DNA of 58,160 nt, taken from contig DATLYP010000069.1 in NCBI GenBank assembly GCA_035574655.1, positions 1 to 58,160 of the forward strand, given 5' to 3'. The notes below the pieces were generated by a model. That model saw nothing but the letters and a program-made list of their open reading frames with translations. It ran no database searches and was not told the origin of the DNA. Below, one piece after another: positions 1 to 7,106 of the stretch; within the stretch, counting starts at the first letter, position 1; each line of letters begins with the position of its first letter. Both the position numbers and the translations under genes were made by a program. The stretch comes from Gaiellaceae bacterium (GTDB lineage: Bacteria; Actinomycetota; Thermoleophilia; Gaiellales; Gaiellaceae).

Positions 1-203
1 GGCTCGCGCGTCGCGTAGTCGTAGTCGAGGCCGTAGTGGCGCGCCGTCCGGCGGGCCGCCCGCCCGCGGAGGACGATCGGGTGGAAGCGGAGCGCCTCGA
101 GCTCGCGGAGCAGCGCCGCCTCCTCCTCGGGCGTGAGGAAGCCCGGGCGGTAGAGGAGCCCCTGCGGGCGCGCCTCGATCGCCCTCGCCCGCGCCGTGGT
201 CAG
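1..203 (-). CDS. 2OG-Fe(II) oxygenase, AlkB-like, N-terminal fragment running off the left edge
   Basis: Reverse translation of 1-200 reads ARPQGLLYRPGFLTPEEEAALLRELEALRFHPIVLRGRAARRTARHYGLDYDY, an AlkB-type N-terminal pattern. There is no ATG/GTG in frame. The only nearby candidate start is CTG at 201-203, overlapping the stop of the next gene. Confidence 0.4.
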   Translation of the reverse strand, partial: MTTARARAIEARPQGLLYRPGFLTPEEEAALLRELEALRFHPIVLRGRAARRTARHYGLDYDYATRE

Positions 204-1039
204 CGCCTCCCGACCGCGTAGCGGGCGAAGAGGTGGTCTCCGTGCCGGCGCAGGCTGAGCGGGCGCAGGTCGAGGAGCGGCACGAGATCGGCGCCCTCGA
301 CGAGCCGCAGCCTGCTTCCAGGCCCCGCGTCGCCGGCGAGCGCGGGGGAGGTGGTGAGGAAGAGCTCGTCCACGACGCCGGCGGCGAGCAGCGTCCCGAA
401 CGCGCGCGGCCCCGCCTCCGAGAGGACGCGCCGGTGCCCCCGCCCGCGCAGGGCGTCCACGACCGCCCGCCCGTCGAGGCGGGGGCCCTCGCCGAGGACG
501 AGGAGCGCGCAGGCGGGCGGCAGCCTCCCCTCGAGGCGCCGCGCGCCCGCCTCGCCCGTGAGGACGAGCGCGCCCGCCGCGAGCCGCGGGTGGCGGGGGT
601 CGATCTCCCCCCGGCCGCTGAGCACGGCCACCTCCGGCTCGGGGGCGAGCCCGAGCGCCCGCCGAAGCTCGGCGAACGCCGCCGCCGCGGGCGGGTACAC
701 CTTCTCCGGCAGCCACGTCCCCCGCGGCGAGTCGCGGAGGACGCCCGCCCCGATGAGCACCGCGTCGGCGTGGGCGCGCAGGAGCCCCATCAGGAAGCGG
801 TCGGCCTCGCTCCCGCCGGCGACGAGCTCGTTGGAGCCGGGCACCCCGGGAAGGGCGACGACGCCGTCCACGGTGGCGACGAAGTTCGCGTACAGGCAGC
901 GCTCGGGGAGCCCGAGCCCGCCCCCGTAGACGCGCGCGAGCTCCTCCGGGAGCTCCCCGCGCGGCAGGCCCTCGTCCTCGAAGAGCACCTGGAAGGGCTC
1001 GAGCGCTTCGTTTTCCCGGCCGTCCGCGTCCCCGCTCAT
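200..1039 (-). CDS. RibD C-terminal domain / dihydrofolate-reductase-like protein (279 aa)
   Basis: This is the C-terminal part of the 200..3664 ORF, starting at MSGDADGRENE. It carries the pattern ANFVATVDGVV...GGSEADRFLMGLLRAHADAVLIGAGV...VLSEAGPRAFGTLLAAGVVDELFLTTSP, typical of RibD_C reductases. The rest of the 1154-aa ORF is Arg/Pro junk. Confidence 0.75.
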   Translation of the reverse strand: MSGDADGRENEALEPFQVLFEDEGLPRGELPEELARVYGGGLGLPERCLYANFVATVDGVVALPGVPGSNELVAGGSEADRFLMGLLRAHADAVLIGAGVLRDSPRGTWLPEKVYPPAAAAFAELRRALGLAPEPEVAVLSGRGEIDPRHPRLAAGALVLTGEAGARRLEGRLPPACALLVLGEGPRLDGRAVVDALRGRGHRRVLSEAGPRAFGTLLAAGVVDELFLTTSPALAGDAGPGSRLRLVEGADLVPLLDLRPLSLRRHGDHLFARYAVGRR

Positions 1040-1345
1040 CCCCGTTACATACCCGCTGCGGCCCGTTCGGCGGCCGACGCTCGGCCCCCCGGGCGGCGAT
1101 GCGCTCCGCGGTAACCGGGGGCTCTGGTCGGGCGCGCGGCCGAGCTCGAGCGGGTCGCAAACTCTTCGGCGGCGCGCCGGCGGCGGCCGGAGACGGCTCG
1201 CCTCATCGCCTCGGGCAACCACCCCGGAGCAGCCGAACCCATGCTGGTGAGGGGGCCCGGGCGAGGAACGCCTAGAAGCGGCGGCGCGGCCGGGCGGGGG
1301 GTTTCCACCCCGCCCGGCCGCGGTCGATCCTACGCCTGCTACTGT

Positions 1346-1597
1346 ATGCACATCTTCGAGCGCCGGCTGCAGATCCTGCTCGACGAGCGCCGCTACGCGC
1401 GGCTCGCCGCGCACGCCAGGGAGCGCAACGTGTCCGTCGGCGCCGTGGTGCGGGAGGCGATCGACCGCCTGCTGCCGGCGACGTCGGCGGAGCGGTCGTC
1501 GGCGGCGCGCCGCATCCTCGGTGCCGAGCCGATGCCGGTACCCGATCCGGCCGCCTTGCGCGAGGAGCTGGACGAGCTCCGCAGCAGGCGGGCGTGA
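1346..1597 (+). CDS. vapB: Ribbon-helix-helix (CopG/VapB-like) antitoxin
   Basis: Internal ATG of ORF 1241..1597 gives MHIFERRLQILLDERRYARLAAHARERNVSVGAVVREAIDRLL, an RHH pattern. Its stop overlaps the GTG start of the PIN gene by 4 nt. Confidence 0.7.
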   Translation: MHIFERRLQILLDERRYARLAAHARERNVSVGAVVREAIDRLLPATSAERSSAARRILGAEPMPVPDPAALREELDELRSRRA

Positions 1598-2025
1598 TCG
1601 TCCTCGACACGACCGTCCTCGTGTACGCGGTCGGCGAGGAGCACGGGCTACGCGCGCCCGCGCGGTCGCTCGTCGAGGCGATCCAACGCGGAAGCCTCCA
1701 AGCGACGACGACGCTGGAGGCGATTCAGGAGTTCGCGCACGTGCGGGCGCGGCGGCGCGGCCGGCGCGACGCCGCGGCCCTTGCCCGCGCGTACGCGACG
1801 CTCCTCGGCCCGCTGCTGCGCCCGTCCGAGGACGACCTTCTCCGCGGCCTGCAGCTCTTCGAGCGCCACCGCGACCTGGGCGCGTTCGACGCCGTGCTCG
1901 CGGCCGCCGCGCTGGCCGCGAGGGCGGAGGCCCTCGTCTCGGCCGACCGCTCGTTCGGGGCCGTCCGCGGGCTACCGTTCGTCGACCTCTCCTCGCCCGG
2001 CCTGGGACGGCTGACTTCGGCCTGA
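1594..2025 (+). CDS. vapC: PIN-domain toxin (VapC family)
   Basis: MIVLDTTVLVYAV...EAIQEF...FDAVLAAAALA...LVSADRSF matches the acidic-residue pattern of PIN domains (D5, E, D, D). It overlaps the upstream antitoxin by 4 nt. Confidence 0.75.
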   Translation: MIVLDTTVLVYAVGEEHGLRAPARSLVEAIQRGSLQATTTLEAIQEFAHVRARRRGRRDAAALARAYATLLGPLLRPSEDDLLRGLQLFERHRDLGAFDAVLAAAALAARAEALVSADRSFGAVRGLPFVDLSSPGLGRLTSA

Positions 2026-2046
2026 CCGCGGCGGCCCCGACCGGGC

Positions 2047-2532
2047 TCAGGTCTCCTTGACCGGCGCGTACTCCTCCGCCCGCTCGAACCCGAACGTCCA
2101 GGCGACCGCCTCCCGGGGCGTCCGCACATGCGGCGGCACGCGCAGGGCGTAGCGGCGCCGCGAGCCGTCCGGCTGCGGGGTCGCGTCCGTGACCTCGAGC
2201 CAGCAGAGGGGCTCTCCGCCGGCGGCGCCGGTGTCCCGCCAGAGCGCCCCGAACTCGTCCTCGCCGAGCAGGACGCGCGCCCGCTCGAGCCGCCGCCCGC
2301 GCAGCCACTCGGAGCGGGCGAACGCGTAGCAGGAGGTCGCGGCGAGGAACGAGCACGCGGCGGCGAGGCCCGCCCACTCGCCCCCGAGGACGTGCACGGG
2401 ACGCAGGAGGACGTCCGCGACGACCAGCGTGGCGAGGGCCGGGCCGAGCAGGCCCGTCTCCCCGTCGGCCCTCATCCAGAGGTGGGCGCCGACGAACACG
2501 GCCGCCAGCTCGGCGACCTCGAACAGGCTCAC
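2047..2532 (-). CDS. Hypothetical membrane protein (hydrophobic N-terminal segments, soluble C-terminal domain)
   Basis: 161-aa ORF. The N-terminal half is hydrophobic (LAAVFVGAHLW, LATLVVADVLL, LAAACSFLAATSCYAF). It sits 9 nt downstream of ORF 2542..2895 on the same strand. No family was recognised. Confidence 0.5.
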   Translation of the reverse strand: MSLFEVAELAAVFVGAHLWMRADGETGLLGPALATLVVADVLLRPVHVLGGEWAGLAAACSFLAATSCYAFARSEWLRGRRLERARVLLGEDEFGALWRDTGAAGGEPLCWLEVTDATPQPDGSRRRYALRVPPHVRTPREAVAWTFGFERAEEYAPVKET

Positions 2533-2541
2533 GGCGCCGGC

Positions 2542-2895
2542 TCAGTCGATGGCGCGGCGCTCGCCCGAGCGCGAGTACTCGCGCTGCCGGCGCACCTCGT
2601 ACGCCCCGGGGGCGAGGCGGATCGGGGCGTGCTCCTCGTGCACGAGCGTGACGGGCTCCTCCTCGACGAGGAGCACGAGCGGCTCCTCGCCGTCCGGGTC
2701 GAGCGGCGAGCCCAGGAGCCGGGCGCCGGGCTCGAGGACGGCGTGCGCGTGCCCGCTTTGCTCCCCGCGCGCGAGCACGAGGCGCCCGTCCCGGCGCGGC
2801 CGCTCGACGAGGGGCGGCTCGGGGAGCGTCTCGGCCGGCACGAGCAGCAGGTCTCCTTGGCGGACCATGCCGCGAAGCGGTGTCTCGTCTCCCAT
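2542..2895 (-). CDS. Conserved hypothetical small protein (phage-associated type, GDLLLVP...GEQSGHAH...HEEHAPI...RQREY pattern)
   Basis: 117-aa ORF with non-biased composition. From memory, the motif string resembles small proteins seen in actinophage and prophage regions. Function is unknown. Confidence 0.5.
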   Translation of the reverse strand: MGDETPLRGMVRQGDLLLVPAETLPEPPLVERPRRDGRLVLARGEQSGHAHAVLEPGARLLGSPLDPDGEEPLVLLVEEEPVTLVHEEHAPIRLAPGAYEVRRQREYSRSGERRAID

Positions 2896-3169
2896 CGTGC
2901 CCTCCTTGGCATCGTCGGGTCTCGAGAAGAGAGTCGCGCGGGGCGAGCGCGCGTCTTACGGTGCCGTCGGCGCCGCTCGCTACGGTGCGCGCCTGCATCA
3001 CGAGCGACGTGGCCCGATCGTCCACCAACCTGCTTCGCCGCAAGGTGGTCAAACGATGCGGCCCCGCTCCGGGGCAACGGCGAAACGCGAGACGGTGCGC
3101 GATCGCACGAGCCCTCCGAAAGGAGGACCCGATGCTGGACAGCGGAAGGAAGGCCCGTAAGATCGGGCG

Positions 3170-3703
3170 GTGGCCGAAGTGACCGTGTCCGGGATGCACG
3201 ATGCGCGGGACGCGGAAGACAGCCGGCTGCTCGAGGCGGGGGAGAAGCGCCGTCTCATGGAGAGCTACTACGGGCTCGTCGTCGATCGCTGCCGGCTCAG
3301 GCTCCGCGACGACGCGGTCGCGCTCGACGTGGCGCACGAGGTGGTCGTGCGGCTCTTGGACGAGCTCGACCGCGGCCGGCGCTACGGCGTCCCCTTCCGC
3401 GTGGTCGTCCACAAGGTGATCGAGTGGAAGATCGCCGAGCACCTCGCTTCGCGCCGCTCGGAGGCCGCGCTCGACGAGTGGCTGGAGCGTGCCTCGCTCG
3501 ACTCCGGCGAGCCGCCGGAGGCGATCGACGGCTTCGAGGCGCTGCTCGAGGGGCTGACCGAGCTCGAGCGGACGGTGGTGCGCCTGCGCTACGAGGAGGA
3601 CCTGGACTTCGGCACGATCGCCCGCCGGCTGGGCAAGGAGGCGAACGCCGTCCACCAGATCCACTTCCGGGCGCTCTCCAAGCTGCGCAGGAGGGCCGCG
3701 TGA
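3170..3703 (+). CDS. Sigma-70 family (ECF-like) RNA polymerase sigma factor
   Basis: Region 2-like segment YYGLVVDRCRLRLRDDAVALDVAHEVVVRLL...FRVVVHKVIEWKIAEHL. Region 4 HTH segment LTELERTVVRLRYEEDLDFGTIARRLGKEANAVHQIHFRALSKLRR. Confidence 0.75.
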   Translation: MAEVTVSGMHDARDAEDSRLLEAGEKRRLMESYYGLVVDRCRLRLRDDAVALDVAHEVVVRLLDELDRGRRYGVPFRVVVHKVIEWKIAEHLASRRSEAALDEWLERASLDSGEPPEAIDGFEALLEGLTELERTVVRLRYEEDLDFGTIARRLGKEANAVHQIHFRALSKLRRRAA

Positions 3704-4284
3704 GCGAGTCGGCCGTCGAGCACGTGTTCGACGAGTTCGCGCTCGCCTACCGGCGCGGCGAGCGGCCGGACGTGCGCGAGTACCTGGAGCGGGTGCCCGA
3801 GGGCCCCGAGCGGGAGGCGCTCGCCGACCTGATCGACCGCTTCCTGGTGGCGGTGCCCGCGCGCGAGCCCTCCGAGGAGGAGATCGTGCTCCTCGAGGCG
3901 CGGCTCGAGCGCGAGCCGGCGCTGCTCGTCCTGCGGCGGCGGCGGCGCCTCCGCCGGGAGGCCGTGGTGGACGCGCTCGTGCGGGCGCTCGGCCTCGACC
4001 CCCGGAAGCGGGACAAGGTGGCGGGCTACTACCACCAGCTCGAGACCGGGCTCCTCGACCCGGAGCCGGTCGACCGCAGCGTGTGGGAGGCGCTGGCGGA
4101 GGTGCTGCGGGCGAACGTGCGGGCGCTGGCCGCGCGCGTGCCGCCGCCTCCGGCCGCTCTCGCCTACCGGCGCGCGGAGCAGGGGTTCGTCCTCCAAGCC
4201 CGACTGGGGGAACGGCCGCCGTCGCCTGCAGCCGAGGCCGGAGGCCTGGACGAGGTGGACAGGCTCTTTACAGGCGCCTCCTGA
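3700..4284 (+). CDS. Hypothetical protein, probable HTH partner of the ImmA-like protease
   Basis: The GTG start overlaps the sigma stop (GTGA). The sequence VSESAVEHVFDEFALAYRRGERPDVREYLERVPEG...REAVVDALVRALGLDPRKRDKVAGYYHQLETGLLDP is XRE-like in spacing. It lies 10 nt upstream of the ImmA/IrrE gene. Confidence 0.45.
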   Translation: MSESAVEHVFDEFALAYRRGERPDVREYLERVPEGPEREALADLIDRFLVAVPAREPSEEEIVLLEARLEREPALLVLRRRRRLRREAVVDALVRALGLDPRKRDKVAGYYHQLETGLLDPEPVDRSVWEALAEVLRANVRALAARVPPPPAALAYRRAEQGFVLQARLGERPPSPAAEAGGLDEVDRLFTGAS

Positions 4285-4293
4285 GCGGCGAGG

Positions 4294-4836
4294 ATGAGCG
4301 CGATCGTGGGGACATACGAGGATCCGCGCGCGCATGCCGTCCGCGAGCGCTACCTCGGCACGTTCGGCGGGGAGGGGCTGCCGGTCCCGGTCGAGGCGAT
4401 CGCGGAGGACCTGCTCGGCCTGCGCATCGAGCGCTCTTGGGGGATCGCCTGCTCGGGGATGCTCTTGCCCGCCGAGCGCCGGATCGTGCTGAATGCGGCC
4501 GAGGCTGCGGTCGGCCGCGACACGCCTCCGCTGCGCCGTTTCCGGTTCACGGTCGCGCACGAGATCGGCCACTGGGTGTGCCACTGCCTGGAGGGCCGGG
4601 CGCCGGTGCTGGAGGCCGTCTACTGCCGCCCGGTCGATCTGACGGAGGCGACGGATCGTGCGCTCGAGCGGGAGGCGAACGTGTTCGCGGCGGAGCTGTT
4701 GATGCCGGAGCCCGCTGTGCGAGAGGCGTGGGAGGAGCTCGGCGACGTCGCCGCCTGCGCGCGCCGCTTCGACGTCTCCCCGACGGCGATGCACTGGCGG
4801 CTCTACAGCTTCGGGCTCGTCGACAGACCTGTTTGA
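4294..4836 (+). CDS. ImmA/IrrE family (DUF955) zinc metallopeptidase
   Basis: HEXXH motif in FTVAHEIGHWVCH, followed by EREANVFAAELLMPEPAV, the canonical ImmA/IrrE signature. Confidence 0.8.
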   Translation: MSAIVGTYEDPRAHAVRERYLGTFGGEGLPVPVEAIAEDLLGLRIERSWGIACSGMLLPAERRIVLNAAEAAVGRDTPPLRRFRFTVAHEIGHWVCHCLEGRAPVLEAVYCRPVDLTEATDRALEREANVFAAELLMPEPAVREAWEELGDVAACARRFDVSPTAMHWRLYSFGLVDRPV

Positions 4837-4864
4837 GGCACGAGGAGGACGAGGAGCTTCGGAA

Positions 4865-6064
4865 ATGAGTGCTTCGGTCGAGTCGAGAGGAGGAACGCTC
4901 GAGTTTCTAGACATCCTTCGTGAGGCTGATGTCTTCCGCGAGGAAGACCTCCGTGGGGTTCGAACAATGGACGCGCTCCCGGCCTCTCACGCAGACGAAT
5001 TTCCTTCCAGTCTTCACCCGGCGCTCGTCGACGCGTGCAAGGCGGAAGGAATCGAGTCGCTTTACGAGCACCAAGCGCAGGCCATCCAGGCAATTCAGGA
5101 AGGGAAAGACATCGTACTTGTCTCTCCTACCGCGACCGGCAAGACGCTGTGCTTCAATCTTCCGATCATCTCGAAGCTCTGGGAGGATCGAAGCAGACAC
5201 GCGCTATACCTCTATCCCACAAAGGCTCTTGCCCACGATCAGTTGTTCGCCGTTAAGCGGCTCACCGCCAATCTGCCTGAGAAGCACGCCGTAAGCGCCT
5301 GGCCTTTCGACGGTGATACGGAGCAGGAGGTGCGGCGCGGACTCAAGGATGCTCCGCCGAACATTCTGATCACGAATCCCGACAGTCTTCACTATGCCCT
5401 TCTCGCGTACAACGAACACTGGGTCAAGCTTCTGCCACGGCTCAAATACGTCGTCCTCGACGAAATTCATGAGTATCGAGGCTACTTCGGGACGAACGTC
5501 GCCTACGTGGTCCGCAGGCTTCTCGCGCTCTGCAAGTACCATGGCACGAGGCCTCAGCTGATTCTCAGCTCGGCCACGGTCGCTAACCCCGTGGAGCACG
5601 GGAAGGCACTGACGGGGCGGAATGTCATCGAAGTTCGGAGCGAGTCCGCAGGTCGCTGCAAGAAGCATCTCGTCTTCCTGAACCCGCAGTATCCCGACTA
5701 CCGATATGAGACGATTCTCATGCACCGACTCGCCCGGCTTGTGGTCGCGTGTGTGGAGGAGGAAGTCTCAAACCTCGTCTTCTGCCCGACGCGACGGTTT
5801 GTCGAGCGACTAGCGAAGCTGGCGGCTGACGAGTTGCGGACGCGGGGTCTCGATTCGGAGCGAGTTGCACCGTATAAAGCGGGTTACACTGCGGAGGAGC
5901 GCCGCGAGATCGAGGCGGGCCTCAAGAGCGGTGAGAGGCTCGTGGTAATGTCGACGAACGCTCTCGAGGTTGGAATCGATATGGGACGGCTCGACATGGT
6001 CACCATGGTTGGCTTCCCTGAGACTGTGATGTCCGCATGGCAACGAGCTGGTCGCGCCGGCGGC
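4865..6064 (+). pseudogene. DEAD/DEAH-box SF2 helicase of the YprA/MrfA/DUF1998-associated type, truncated just after motif VI
   Basis: Walker A SPTATGKT (aa 88-95), DEIH box (VVLDEIHEY), SAT (LSSATV), and motif VI QRAGRAG at nt 6041-6061. After that the frame degenerates into Arg/Pro/Ala junk up to the stop at 6523. No C-terminal DUF1998-type domain is present. GC is markedly lower than in the flanks. Confidence 0.7.
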
Positions 6065-6479
6065 GTGCGAATGGCTCGAGCGCCCGTGGCACTGGGTCGC
6101 GAACCGAGTTCTCGAACTCACGTATACGGCGTGGGACGTGCAACCCTTCGCGCTCGCGCTGGACTACTCCGGGTCGCCATTCCAGTGGGTTGCCGAGCGC
6201 CGGGCGCGGCTCCGGGCCGAGCTCGACGCAGCGTTCTTCCATCTCTACGGACTCGAGCGCGACGACGTCGACTACGTCATGGACACCTTCCCGATCGTCC
6301 GCCGCAAAGACGAGAAGGCGTACGGCGAATACCGGACGAAGCGCCTGATCCTCGAGATCTACGCCGAGCTGGCGGAGGCGATCGCCACTGGCCGGCCGTA
6401 CCAGACCCGCCTCGATCCCCCGCCTGCCGACCCCCGCGTCGCCCACCCACCCCGCACGATCCACGCAGTGAGCCCGTAG
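6060..6479 (+). pseudogene. C-terminal remnant of an N6-adenine DNA methyltransferase / type IIG RM enzyme (YeeA/Eco57I-like tail)
   Basis: The frame of ORF 6138..6479 stays open back to 6030 and reads ...[98 protein letters not shown] recognise this tail from large RM/BREX/DISARM-type methylases. There is no N-terminal methylase body and no plausible start. Confidence 0.6.
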
Positions 6480-7106
6480 GTGGCCGGCAAGCCGAGGTAC
6501 ACGAAGTCGTTCCAACGGCTTAGAAGGAATCTCAGTCGTGGGCGCACGCTGCTGGACAAGTTCTTTGACAACCCCGGCGGCACGCGGCGTGGTTCCGGTC
6601 AACCCGCGGCTCACGAGCAGGAACTCCTGCGGTCGGTTCTGGTTCTGGGGATCGGAGCGCTCGATGCGTACCTGTCGGAGCTCGTCGTTGAGTTGATGCC
6701 CAAGCTTGCGGCTGCCGGGAAGGCGCAGATGATCTTCGAGAGGCTGATGAAGGACAACGCGGGACTCATTCTCCAAGCCGTCTACCTCGGCCGGGAGGCC
6801 CTTGACGCTGCGCTTTCCTCAGCGGTCGAGTTGCAGTTCCAGAGCTCCGTCATGCATGGTTCCAAGGCGGTGCGACAGGTGTACGACTGGTGCGCTCTGG
6901 GTCTCGGATTCGATGACTTCAACACCGAGCGCTTCCCTCAGGCGATGAAGCTCCTCGATGAGTGGACCGACAAGCGTCACCGAATCGTCCACCGCGGCGA
7001 GCTCGTCAAGATGAGGCGCCAAGACGCGACTGACGTCCTCGACCTTGTCGAGTCGATCGGGAAGACGCTCAACGATCGAGCCCTACGAACACCGGAGGCG
7101 ACGTGA
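6480..7106 (+). CDS. HEPN-domain protein (RiboL-PSP-HEPN-like)
   Basis: 208-aa ORF with an Rx4H motif R166-HRIV-H171 (KRHRIVHRG, nt 6975-6992) near the C-terminus. It is predicted helical. It overlaps the GmrSD-like gene by 4 nt (GTGA). Confidence 0.55.
   Translation: MAGKPRYTKSFQRLRRNLSRGRTLLDKFFDNPGGTRRGSGQPAAHEQELLRSVLVLGIGALDAYLSELVVELMPKLAAAGKAQMIFERLMKDNAGLILQAVYLGREALDAALSSAVELQFQSSVMHGSKAVRQVYDWCALGLGFDDFNTERFPQAMKLLDEWTDKRHRIVHRGELVKMRRQDATDVLDLVESIGKTLNDRALRTPEAT

Noticed and set aside
36-221. 61-aa plus-strand ORF at the left edge
   Set aside because: The opposite strand reads a convincing AlkB-like N-terminus. The + frame is an Arg/Ala/Glu-rich shadow ORF.
200-3664. 1154-aa minus-strand ORF
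   Set aside because: Only its last 279 codons (200-1039) look like a real protein (RibD_C). The remainder is Arg/Pro/Ala/Gly-rich low-complexity sequence. It overlaps the credible vapBC, sigma and small-protein genes. This is a typical high-GC open-frame artefact.
6138-6479. 113-aa ORF as an independent small gene
   Set aside because: The homologous reading frame extends upstream of its GTG to 6030 without a start. The sequence corresponds to the extreme C-terminus of much larger methyltransferases. It is therefore treated as a remnant.
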